Positions 1 through 10,417 of a stretch of DNA of 32,000 nucleotides are shown one piece after another. The number at the start of each line of letters is the position of its first letter. Positions within the stretch are counted from its first letter, which is position 1. A program made the position numbers and the translations under genes. Origin of the DNA: Wallemia ichthyophaga EXF-994 (taxonomy: Eukaryota; Fungi; Basidiomycota); NCBI RefSeq assembly GCF_000400465.1, contig NW_008806279.1, positions 446,107-478,106 of the forward strand, in the 5' to 3' direction. The notes below the pieces were generated by a model, which ran no database searches, had not been told where the DNA came from, and worked only from the letters and a program-made list of their open reading frames with translations.

Positions 1-46
1 GTGGGGATCGCTTGTATCGCATCATCACACCCAACAATCGCTACAG

Positions 47-1878
47 GTACGATAAGCGCAATAACTCTCAAGTCGCTGTTAAGATAATAGACTTGGAATC
101 CGCCGAGGATGAAATAGAGGACATACAAGAGGAAATAAACATATTATCACAAATGGACTCTAAATTCGTTACAAAGTATGTCGGATTGTTGTTTTGTTCC
201 TTCTAACACGCGCAGATACCACGGCTCATACTTGAAGAAGACTCACTTATGGATTATCATGGAATTCTGCTCAGGTGGCAGCTGCTCTGAGCTCATGAAG
301 CCCGGCTTGATTAAAGAGGAGTTTATTGCTATCCTTATACGTGAATTACTTTGTGGTTTACTTTACTTGCACAATCAAGGTAAACTACACAGGGACATCA
401 AAGCAGCAAATGTTCTTTTAAACTCATCTGGCGATGTAAAGCTGGCTGACTTTGGTGTAAGTGGTCAACTCACCTCCACAATGACAAAGAAGAATACCTT
501 CGTTGGTACTCCTTATTGGATGAGCCCTGAAGTTATCAAACAATCTGGCTACGATCACAAAGCTGATATCTGGTCTTTGGGTATCACTGCTATCGAATTA
601 GCTCAAGGTACTCCCCCATATGCTGATCTACACCCTATGAAAGTTCTCTTCTTGATACCCAAAAACAGCCCTCCTTCTTTGGACGGCAATTACTCTAAAC
701 TGTTCAAGGAATTTGTCAGCTTATGTCTACAAAGAGACCCCAAAATGAGACCAAGTGCGCGAGAATTGCTTAAGCACAAGTTCATAAAAGGCGCTAAAAA
801 GACTTCTCATCTAACAGAGCTGATTGAGCGTTTAGATAGATTCAAAATGGCAGGTGGTCTCTCGAAGTCTGCGAATAAGGGTGATATGCTCGTCGATCAA
901 AATACTCTAGGTGGACAATCTGAGGACTTGTGGGATTTTGGTACTATTCAGGGTACACAGAGAGGGGGATTTGCACCACAATCCATACGCAATCAACCAG
1001 TTCCACCGCTGCCAACAGACATACCACCTCCAACTCAACAGAATATGCAAGCGTATAATCAGGCTTATGCTCCACAAATACACCATAAAGACTACGCTAG
1101 AACAGCACAAACAAATGAAAAGGAGACCAAACTTAACGAAAACGACATGCTTCGGTCTACATCTCGTATGACAATCGAGGATGGAGTGACAAACCGCTCC
1201 TACAGATCAGGCAGTACTCTGCGGGCAGGTCTCGTGAGAGATAGGGAAATGAAGCAGAGCAAGGAGCGTGATCCACTGCATAATCTCAGCAACAAGCCAT
1301 CGCCATCACCATCACCCACCAAATCCACAATGGGATACGTGGATACGCTTAAAGGTGGTAAGGCTGCTGCTGGTGGTGGTAGGTCAAGCACAGCTTCTAC
1401 TTATAGAGATCTGCCACCGATTCCCAAAGATGTAAAATCTCCAGCCCAAAACAGCATACTTAACACGCCTGACTCATTTATAGGCTCACATAGGAGTGAA
1501 TTGTTGCCAACAGCTGCTACATATGACAGTCCAGTTATTTCAGATGGTATTGGTCCTGGCACGGACAGTATGGCGAGTAGACAGCCACCGCCAACACCAT
1601 ATTCATACCAAGATGATCAAAGCATTAATAGGAGCGATAGTGGAATGACATCGGAGAGCACAGTGGAGTATGATGAGCAAATTCTGGAGCAGAGGACAAT
1701 GCTGGACGCAGTTGTACACCCGGTGCTAGACACAATAACGCGCAAGGTAGATACTGTTGACGCGAATATGGCGGTAAATTCACTCAAGAATGCATTTGAT
1801 ACTGCCGAGGGATTGATACCTGGACTGACGAATTATTTTATATCTGAAGTGGTTGAGTCCGTCGAGAGGGATGAATGA
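47..1878 (+). CDS. Ste20-family GCKIII (MST3/MST4/STK25-like) Ser/Thr kinase, 5'-partial
   Basis: Exons 47-175 and 216-1878. The 40-nt intron 176-215 is GTATGT..CTAAC..CAG; 1-46 looks like the preceding intron (GTGGGG..CAG). Motifs: [40 protein letters not shown], and post-kinase [13 protein letters not shown], typical of GCKIII. The Gly-rich loop lies upstream of the window. Confidence 0.9.
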
Positions 1879-2054
1879 ATATCAAACAATGAAACACGTA
1901 GTGTCTTGTATAATTATGTCTTAGAAAATAAAATGATTTTTATTTAACTGGAATCTGACCTTCCTTTTTGGGTGGAATGGATTTAGCATTTGCGTCGATA
2001 TTTGCATTTACAGCTAGCGTTACTCCCAACGGTCACTAAAACCACGACCAGAAA

Positions 2055-3202
2055 ATGAAGTTATTCAACGGTGGTAACAAGCCTAAGATGAACTTCAAGC
2101 TCTCGACGAGTATGCCTTCTTTTTATTCCATGGGATACGCGTTTGTCGGTCTCTGCGCGTCTCTCTGCGCATTAGTCGCCATGTGCTATGAGACAGATGA
2201 GTTCGGCAACGAGGGCCCATTTTCCCCTGGCCAAACATCCGGAGAGGCATGGCCCAACGTCTTCCTCAATTTCGCTATCGTGTTGGCCTACTTCCTCAGT
2301 GACTACATGGGCACTCTCCACCTCTACAGAATTCAGCTGTCTATATTCAACGCTGCTTCATTTGCCCTTGCCGTTGTTACCGTCAACCGCAAGATATACG
2401 AGCGCGAATCATCCGCTGAGGCGGTAGGCGCCGCGTTCCTTATCTTGGCGATATTGAATGTGAGTGATTTCTTACGCGATGTTCATAGAGCTGAAAAAGC
2501 TAGGTACTCTCCATCCTGCACCTTACAAGCGAGCCAAACACACCAGTCGCGGGCGTATTCAGAATGTGCACTGCTCCTACTTTCGGCAGCTTATCCAGTG
2601 GCGGTGGTGGCGGAATAAGCTCACACCCCCAAGCCATGCGCAACACGTCCACCTCGAACCCCTTCTCGAACCTCAATAAGCTGAATCGTCAGGACTCTAC
2701 ATCGTACGACAGCAACTCTCATTCAGGATTCTGGAGCAACCGCAACACAAACACACAGCAGCCAGTGATGCAACAGCAACAGCCACCACAACAACACACA
2801 CAACCACCACAGCCAATGATGCAACCACCAGCAGCAGTAGCACCAATCCAACACACAGCCAGCCCAGGCGCACCTACATCCCACTACGGTTCTGCACACG
2901 GTAGCTTGGGCAATAGAACCGCAAATACACCAAGCGACGGCTTGCACCATTCGAATGTCTCAAGCGCCCCAGGTAGTGGAAGCGGTAGCGGTACAACTGG
3001 CGCACATATCCCAGATCACGAATTGGCACAGGCGAGATGTTTATACGCTTACTCGGCTAGTCCTGACGACCCTAATGAGATATCGTTCACTAAGGGCGAA
3101 ACGCTCCTCGTTGTGGATAACTCTGGCAAGTGGTGGAGAGTTCGCAAACCGAATGGTATGGGTGAGGGTATTGCGCCTTCCAATTACCTGAATATGGTTT
3201 AG
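2055..3202 (+). CDS. SHO1: Sho1 osmosensor/adaptor (4 TM + C-terminal SH3), ~367 aa
   Basis: Exons 2055-2459 and 2504-3202, with a 44-nt GTGAGT..TAG intron. Four hydrophobic segments ([17 protein letters not shown]; AFLILAILN|[11 protein letters not shown]), a Q/P/S-rich linker, and a terminal SH3 ([37 protein letters not shown]). This is the canonical fungal Sho1 layout. Confidence 0.88.
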
Positions 3203-3556
3203 AAAGTATTGGTCTATTCAATACGTGCGAGCTTCGTGCCTCTATAAATTAAGTTATTCACTCCCTTTAATACGCTTTTTAAAGTATTTTTGTATTATCT
3301 ACTGTCTCTCGTATTGTCATGAACGGTTTTACCTTGAATGAGTAGTGCATGGGTATATGTGAATTTTTTCGCTTGTGCTGTGGCACAAGGGCGGCAAGAT
3401 GGAGTTGGATATGTATCGCAGATACACGACAACTTTAATAACTCGGTAAGACAATGAAATGGCTTAACATTTACCCACAATGCGCGTATTTTCAAAGCAC
3501 AGGGCTTGTCAAGGATAAACAAAGTCAATCATCAAAACACGCGGTGGAAAGAGGGA

Positions 3557-4279
3557 ATGTCAACGAATAAAGAGTTCTTTGTACTTCGCAGGAGTGAAAT
3601 AGGAGATGATATCAAGCAATTTATAGCTGAGCAAGTCGACAGTGCTCGCGAGCTTATAGATACGGCAAATAGGTGGAAGCTGACGCGCCTGCGCGACAAG
3701 CATGGTGTGGAATGTCGCAGCACCACGATCGAAGGCAGCAAGTGGCATGTGAGGCTATCGCAGCACCCGACGCCATCGTATCAGAAGTTCAAGGAGGTGT
3801 TGCTGCACGACCACACAGCTCACGAGGCTGAGTATGTGGAAGCCATCAAATCACACAGTCTGGTAGAATACATCAGTCCACAGGCTCAGATATTCAAAAT
3901 AACTTATCGCATGCCACCGGGTATCGCTACTCGAGATTTTACGCCGCTGGTACTGACGCACGAGGAGGATGGCGGAGAGGGATATTCAGCGCAGTTTTTC
4001 GTTATCAGTATTGCCACTGATCATCCAAACGCCCCGCCAGATGAAACGAATAAGGTCGTCAGAGCAAAGTATACATCAATAGAGCGTGTGAGAGAGACAA
4101 AGAAAGGCGTAGAGTGGATTACAGCGACGACAAGTACTGCTGCAGGATTCTTGCCTGATGGGCTCACGAATTTGATGTTACCAAACGAGTTGGCCAAGGT
4201 GGGTAGATATGCGCTTAAAGAATGCTCATTGAAATGTGATTAGGATGTGCCTTTGTTTTTAAACTACTGTAAAGAATAG
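3557..4279 (+). CDS. DUF3074 / START(SRPBCC)-like fold protein, ~225 aa
   Basis: Exons 3557-4198 and 4244-4279, with a 45-nt GTGGGT..TAG intron. The first ATG is 3557; the track start at 3506 is a TTG. Motifs YRMPPGIATRDF, RAKYTSIERVRE, VEWITATTSTAAG..P and spliced C-terminus LAK|DVPLFLNYCKE* match my recollection of fungal DUF3074. Confidence 0.72.
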
Positions 4280-4417
4280 TACATGAACAGAGAAGACACG
4301 GGGTAGACGGACGCGGAAGACGCGGAAGCCGGAGATAAAGCAGTGCGTATTAGCACAACTCACAGCTAGTTGATACATTTTTTACATTTCGCTAAAAGAG
4401 CTCAATTTGTCCTTGGG

Positions 4418-7383
4418 ATGCTACGTCCATCACACCGTCTCTTAAAAATGACAGAATGGACGGCAAAACACGTCAGGCAGACGTATATAGACTACTTTAA
4501 AGAAAAGCACAATCACAGCTTCGTGCCTTCTTCATCTTCCATCCCTTACGAAGATCCAACGCTTCTGTTCGCAAATGCTGGAATGAACCAATACAAATCC
4601 ATCTTCCTCGGTACGGCTGATAAGAACTCCCCATTCGGTCAACTCAAAAGAGCTGTCAATTCACAGAAATGCGTTAGAGCCGGTGGAAAGCACAATGACC
4701 TCGACGACGTTGGAAAGGACACTTACCACCACACTTTCTTCGAAATGCTTGGTAATTGGAGCTTTGGTGATTACTTCAAGAAAGAAGCTATCGAAATGGC
4801 TTGGAAGTTGCTCGTCGATGTCTACAAACTCAACCCAGACCAACTCTACGTTACTTACTTCGAAGGCGATCAATCTCAAGGCTTAGAACCTGACTTTGAA
4901 GCCAGAGATATTTGGAGAAACCTTGGTTTATCTGATGACCACATTCTCACCGGTGATGCAAAAGATAACTTCTGGGGTGTGTTATACGTCCTTTATCATT
5001 TCAGAATCTAACAAACACCTTTAGAAATGGGTGCTACCGGTCCTTGTGGTCCTTGCTCAGAAATTCATTACGACCGAATTGGTGGCCGAAACGCTGCACA
5101 CATTGTCAACGCGGACGATCCAGACGTTATCGAAATCTGGAACAATGTCTTTATGCAATTCAACCGTGAAGCAGACGGAAGTCTCAGACCGCTGCCTGCC
5201 AAGCACATTGATACTGGTTTAGGTTTCGAGAGATTAGTTTCCATCTTGCAAAACAAATCATCCAACTACGACACCGACGTCTTCACTCCTATCTTCGACA
5301 AAATCCAACAGCTCACCAGAGCTCGCCCATACGCTGGCAAACTCGGTGCTGAGGATGTCGACGGCATAGACACTGCTTACAGAGTTGTCGCTGATCACGT
5401 TCGTACTCTTACTTTCACTATAAGTGACGGTGGTGTACCAAACAATGTCGGTAGAGGCTACGTTCTCAGACGCATCTTGAGAAGAGGCTCTCGCTACGTA
5501 AGAAAGAAGTTTGGTGTCGCTATCGGTAGCTTCTTCTCTTCTCTCGCTCCAGTTGTGATTGAGCAAATGGGAGGCATGTTCCCAGAGATCACTAATAAAT
5601 ATGACGATCTCAAGGAGATTTTAGATGAGGAGGAGGAATCATTTAGTAGAACGCTCGATAGAGGTGAGAAGCTCTTCGAAAGCTTCGCCCAAAAAGCTCT
5701 TCAAACACCTCAAAAGCAGCTTGGTGGTAAGGAGGCGTGGAGATTGTATGACACTTACGGTTTTCCTGTTGATTTGACTCTCTTGATGGCAGAAGAAGCT
5801 GGGCTGACCATCAACCAAGAAGAGTTCGAGAAGGCTAGGCAGGAGTCACATGAATTGTCCAAGTCTACAAAGAAAAAAGGTGAAGCGGAGAGTGTCAAAT
5901 TTGATGTACACGATTTAGCTGCCCTCGACTCGAACAAGATTACCAAGACGGATGACAGCTTCAAGTACACACTTGGTACCATCAACTCCAAGGTCGTTTC
6001 CATCTTCCAAAACCGTCAATTTTACAACTCCACTAAAGACTTGGATTCCACCAAACCGTTCGGTGTTCTCCTCGACAAGACCAACTTCTATGCTGAAAGC
6101 GGTGGTCAAGAAAACGATACAGGTATTATCTCTATCGACGGTGTATCAGACTTTGGTGTGGATGATGTCCAGTCCTACTCTGGTTATGTGCTGCACTCGG
6201 GTGTATTAAAGTATGGTGAACTGAAAGTAAATGACGATGTCATCTCAACATACGACGAGTTACGTAGATGGCCAATCAAAAACAACCATACAGGTACACA
6301 TTTGCTCAACTATGCGCTTAAGGAGGTTTTAGGTGATCACATTGACCAGAAGGGATCTTTGGTCGCCCCAACGAAATTGAGATTCGACTTCAATCACAAG
6401 TCAGGCTTGAACGTTGATGAGCTAACTAAGATTGAAGATATATGCGATCAATTCATCAAGAGGAATGTTGCAGTGTTCTCTCAAGAGTTTAACCTCGACG
6501 ACGCAAAGAAGATTCCAGGATTGAGGGCTGTGTTTGGTGAAGTGTACCCAGATCCTGTTAGAGTTGTGTCTGTCGAATTCAACCCACAGGATATCAAACA
6601 AGACATAGAGAATCCAAAGTGGTCCAAGTCATCGATTGAGTTCTGTGGTGGTACGCATGTGAACACTACTGGTGAAATTAAGCTATTCAAGATTATCGAA
6701 GAGTCTTCAATCGCTAAGGGCATTAGAAGAATAATAGCAGTCACTGCAGATGATGCTATTGAAGTTATTAGAAAGTCATCAGAATTGCAAAATAAGCTAC
6801 AATTCATCAACGGTTTCAGTGACGTGAATGAGAAGGACTTGCAATTAAAGAATTTTGTTGCTGAGCTTGGCCAGGCTGAGATTTCTACTATCAGTAAAAT
6901 CAAATTGAGAGACGAGTTTAACAAGATTAAGAAGGTGGTAGATGATCACAAGAAAGCTCAGGCAGCTAAAGAGGCAAAGATTGCGCAAGATACAATCAAG
7001 AACTACTTTAATGAACACGAGAGCGAGTCTCACTTTGTGGGTCAAATTGAGCTCGGCTCCAACGTCAAAGCTCTCAGTGCGGCTTTGTCAGCCGCTAGAC
7101 CACTTAACAAGACTGTTTATGTCTTTAGCGTTGACAGAGAAGCTAAGAAGATCGCTCATCAGTGTTACATACCTAAAGATAAGCTCAACGACTCCTTCAA
7201 TGCTAAGTTGTGGGCAGCAAAGGTTGCTGAAGTTGTCGGTGGAAAGGTGTGTATGAAGTTCCTGTTTGGATACTCTGTTGACATGAATGATAGGCTGGTG
7301 GTAAAGACGACAGTGCTCAGGGTGTTGGTAGCGAAGTTGACAAAATCGACGAAGCCATCAATGTCGCCAAGTCTCTCCTCTAG
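4418..7383 (+). CDS. ALA1: Alanyl-tRNA synthetase (likely cytosolic and mitochondrial isoforms), 946 aa from ATG 4448
   Basis: Exons 4418/4448-4976, 5025-7246 and 7294-7383; introns are 48 and 47 nt. Motifs: [36 protein letters not shown]|[24 protein letters not shown], editing-site HTGTH and EFCGGTH, C-Ala GGK|[12 protein letters not shown]. Confidence 0.97.
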
Positions 7384-7516
7384 GTTATGCTTAGTGCTTT
7401 TTGGAAACAGCATCACTTTTATTCCTTCTGTAAAAATTTGGTCTATATTTATCAAAATCAGTCTGTTGAATGTGAATGGATGAATTTGCGGTTAATGAAA
7501 AAAAAACCTTTTGATA

Positions 7517-9685
7517 TTACCAATTTTGGCTGTGGTTGTTGAATCCTTTTTGTTGATGCGGAGGATAAGGACGCCCACTCGTGTCGTTCACGTTGAGGGC
7601 CGGCGCATGCGTACCCTGCTGCGTACCCTGTTGCCGATTAGACTGAACTTGTGGATGGGAAGCGGATGCTTGCGGTGCTAGTGGTCTGTTACCCGTCAAT
7701 GATGGAGCAGACAAGCGCGCTTTCGTCCGCTGTACATGCTGGGGACGCATACTTTGTTGTTGAGTTGGTGGCATACTCTGACTGGTGTACACGCCGCGAC
7801 CCATATTTTGCCCTACTCCCCCTGCAGAATTAGCATTAGGATTGTGGTAAGGATTTTGATTGATATTAGGACTAGGTGTCACACTTCTCCCATTCCCCGG
7901 AAAGGGCATGGAGGGTTGAAGTTTTGCTGGGCGAACTGTCTGAGGAGTTTGGAAAGTCTGCGCAGATTGCGTCGATTGTCTTTTCATCGCATCGATCTGA
8001 GATTGAAGCGATGTAAATTGGCGTTTAATCTCACCCAACGAGATTTTCGTACGAAGGCTGTCCTGCTGTAGTTCTTCATTTTGACTAGTCAAGACGCCTA
8101 TACGATTGTTCTGTGCATAAATTTCATCTTCATTCTTCTTGCTCTTCTCCTTATACAGCTCTTCCACTCGCTTCATTTCAGCACGCATAGAGTCAGTTGC
8201 ATCTGTTAGTACCTGACTCGTCAAGGTGTTTGACGAAGCTAACATCTTGTTAGCCGATTCTTTGGTATCATCCACTCTCATGTTTAAATCTTGCAATAAG
8301 GGGTCCATTTCTCGCAACTCGCGCCTAATGTACTCCTTTGCGCCTTGTATTTCACGTTTTGTGTACTCCTCCAACCTATCAATATCATTGCTCATCTTTT
8401 CGTAAATATCGTTACGAGTAGTTCTGAAACCTTCCTTGAGGGAATTGATAGAATTCGTTTGTGCGCTAATAGTGTTCTTTATTTCCGAGCTTCTAGGTGA
8501 AAGATCTTGATTATTTGGATTATTTGTGGTAATCTTCTTGAATTCATTAAATGTGAATTCCTTAAAGTCATTGAATTTGTTCAAATCAACAAAGTCTTCG
8601 GCATTATTGACAGCTTTAACGTTGCTTTGGCAAAGCTCATTCAATTCGACTAACAACTCTCCAGCTAATTCGGTAGCTAACTTGCCAGCAATGCTCATGG
8701 AATGCTCTAGTTGAGCTATGCGCAGATCAAATTTGTGCAAGTCTTTTTGATAGTTGGTTGAGGAAATGCCAATCGAGTTACATCCAAATGAGGACTTTAT
8801 AGATTGCTTCTGTTCAAATGTCTCAATTAGATCATTTTCTGATCTCTTCATTTCCAAATTTTTGTTGATTATCTCATTCAATTTGATGGCGAGATTTTCG
8901 TATAAGCTAGATTGTGATGGTTGCACGGGTTGAGTCTCTACGATTTGCTGCATGTTCACATCTGCACTATCCTCGACTTGTTCAGATGGTGTTGTAACGT
9001 TTGATGTTTGATTTGGAGATTTTGGAGCTGCTTGTGGTGCAAAGTTTGGAAGTATCTCTGGTGTTGCATCTTTAACATGCTGTTTTGTTGGTTCTTGTTC
9101 TGGCTGTTTTGATGATTTGAGCTTTTTAGGGGGTGAAGTTGACCTTATTGAAGCACTATGTTTTGCTTGTTGAGCTGATTCTTGTTGATATGGCTTCTGA
9201 GGCACAGATTGAGGCATGGGAGTAGATTTAGGAGGGTGCTGAGGCTGTTGAGTTGCTAGCGTGTGCTTCTTTGATTCTTCGAGCTTATAATATTCATTTT
9301 CCTGTCTAGGCTTTTTCTTTATAGAATCATTAGGGTCATTTATCAGGTCAGTACCTCTATTCCTCTTGATAGCAGGATGTTGAGTTGAATGAATTGGTTG
9401 GGAAGTTGAAGCTGTAGGAGGTGGACCAATCCTGTTAGCTAAAGAACTCGAAGCTGTTCCTGGGTTAGAGCTTCTTGAGCCTCCGATTCTGTCGAGTAAT
9501 CTTTTGCTGGAGTTGGTATTGCTGGAGTTGGTATTGCTGTTGGTGGTGGTGTTAGTGTGGGTGTGGGTGTTGCTGTTGGTATTTCTACTGTCATTAACGC
9601 TGGTGTTGCTACTACTACTACTACTACTACTACTGCTACTACTCCCACTACTCGGCGCTCTCTCCATTCTGTTGAGCAATTTCAT
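7517..9685 (-). CDS. Hypothetical 722-aa protein: low-complexity S/N/T/Q/P termini with a central predicted coiled coil
   Basis: Uninterrupted 2169-nt ORF from an ATG to a stop, filling the space between neighbouring genes. The central region looks heptad-like (EIKRQFTSLQSQIDAMK; LRIAQLEHSM). No family recognised. Confidence 0.72.
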   Translation of the reverse strand: MKLLNRMERAPSSGSSSSSSSSSSSSNTSVNDSRNTNSNTHTHTNTTTNSNTNSSNTNSSKRLLDRIGGSRSSNPGTASSSLANRIGPPPTASTSQPIHSTQHPAIKRNRGTDLINDPNDSIKKKPRQENEYYKLEESKKHTLATQQPQHPPKSTPMPQSVPQKPYQQESAQQAKHSASIRSTSPPKKLKSSKQPEQEPTKQHVKDATPEILPNFAPQAAPKSPNQTSNVTTPSEQVEDSADVNMQQIVETQPVQPSQSSLYENLAIKLNEIINKNLEMKRSENDLIETFEQKQSIKSSFGCNSIGISSTNYQKDLHKFDLRIAQLEHSMSIAGKLATELAGELLVELNELCQSNVKAVNNAEDFVDLNKFNDFKEFTFNEFKKITTNNPNNQDLSPRSSEIKNTISAQTNSINSLKEGFRTTRNDIYEKMSNDIDRLEEYTKREIQGAKEYIRRELREMDPLLQDLNMRVDDTKESANKMLASSNTLTSQVLTDATDSMRAEMKRVEELYKEKSKKNEDEIYAQNNRIGVLTSQNEELQQDSLRTKISLGEIKRQFTSLQSQIDAMKRQSTQSAQTFQTPQTVRPAKLQPSMPFPGNGRSVTPSPNINQNPYHNPNANSAGGVGQNMGRGVYTSQSMPPTQQQSMRPQHVQRTKARLSAPSLTGNRPLAPQASASHPQVQSNRQQGTQQGTHAPALNVNDTSGRPYPPHQQKGFNNHSQNW
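9609..9643. repeat. (CTA)n trinucleotide microsatellite encoding poly-Ser in the 722-aa ORF
   Basis: Eight perfect CTA units at 9609-9632, then CTG CTA CTA CT. Confidence 0.9.
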
Positions 9686-9738
9686 CGCTTATCACCGTAC
9701 AAGTGGAAAAGCCATTCATTGATTTTGCTAAATTTATT

Positions 9739-10368
9739 TTATTTTTTACCCAATATTGTGAACACTGTACCAAGAGTACTGTTGACAGTATGTAAGGTTT
9801 CTTGTAGCTCTGAAACTCTATGTGATAATCCATCAATCCTTTTATTAAGCTTAGCTACGTGACCTTCGTTGAGTACGTCTAGTGTGTATAAATTTTGTCT
9901 AAATTCTTGAATACGCGTGTCTAGCTCTGTGCTTAGCTTGTTTGTTGCGTCTAAAGATGCTGTTGCTTGATTTGGGAGATCGTACGCGTCATTAAGCTCA
10001 TCACGCTCCATGATAACCTGAGCAGCCACCTTTACGACTCCCTCACCATCCTCTATCTCTCTACTCAGCTTCTTATATCGCTCTTCTAGCACATCCAACT
10101 CCTCCTGATATCGCTGTTTCACTATCTTCGCGCAGCTTTGATCACCGAAAGAGCCCTTAAGTAATTCCCTGCGCTTGAAAATTTCATACAATTCATCCCT
10201 CTGGCTTCTTATATTTAAATGTGTACTGTGGATCGATTATCTGTGAAACTCCTCTTTACCTTGAACCAAAACTCACTCAATCAACTCATTCAACAAATCC
10301 CCTTTACTTGTTCCAGCCCTTTCGTTACCGCCTATGTTTACACCTAGACTACCACTCGCGTCTGTCAT
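9739..10368 (-). CDS. Hypothetical coiled-coil protein, ~192 aa
   Basis: Exons 10368-10277 and 10225-9739. A 51-nt GTGAGT..CAG intron (10276-10226) joins MTDASG..DLLNELI|DTHLNIRSQRDELYEIFKRRELL in frame. E/K/L/R-rich helical composition. No family recognised. Confidence 0.65.
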
Positions 10369-10417
10369 GGCTCTTATCAAGAATATTTCATTCAATTTCT
10401 ATTTCTACATTCAATTT

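Noticed and set aside
3295-3528. 77-aa minus-strand ORF and an Sm-site-like AATTTTTT in the SHO1-DUF3074 spacer
   Set aside because: Non-ATG start, no family, and no snRNA 5' signature or supporting structure found.
7247-7483. ORF-track extension of AlaRS with a hydrophobic tail (to 7483)
   Set aside because: Read-through of the 47-nt last intron. Splicing restores the conserved GGK|AGGK C-Ala end with a stop at 7381-7383.
9688-9749. Possible 62-nt intron that would fuse the coiled-coil gene in frame to the 722-aa gene
   Set aside because: Weak GTAAAA donor, AAG acceptor, no proper branch site, longer than every other intron here, and an AATAAA right after the stop. An in-frame fusion has a 1-in-3 chance anyway.
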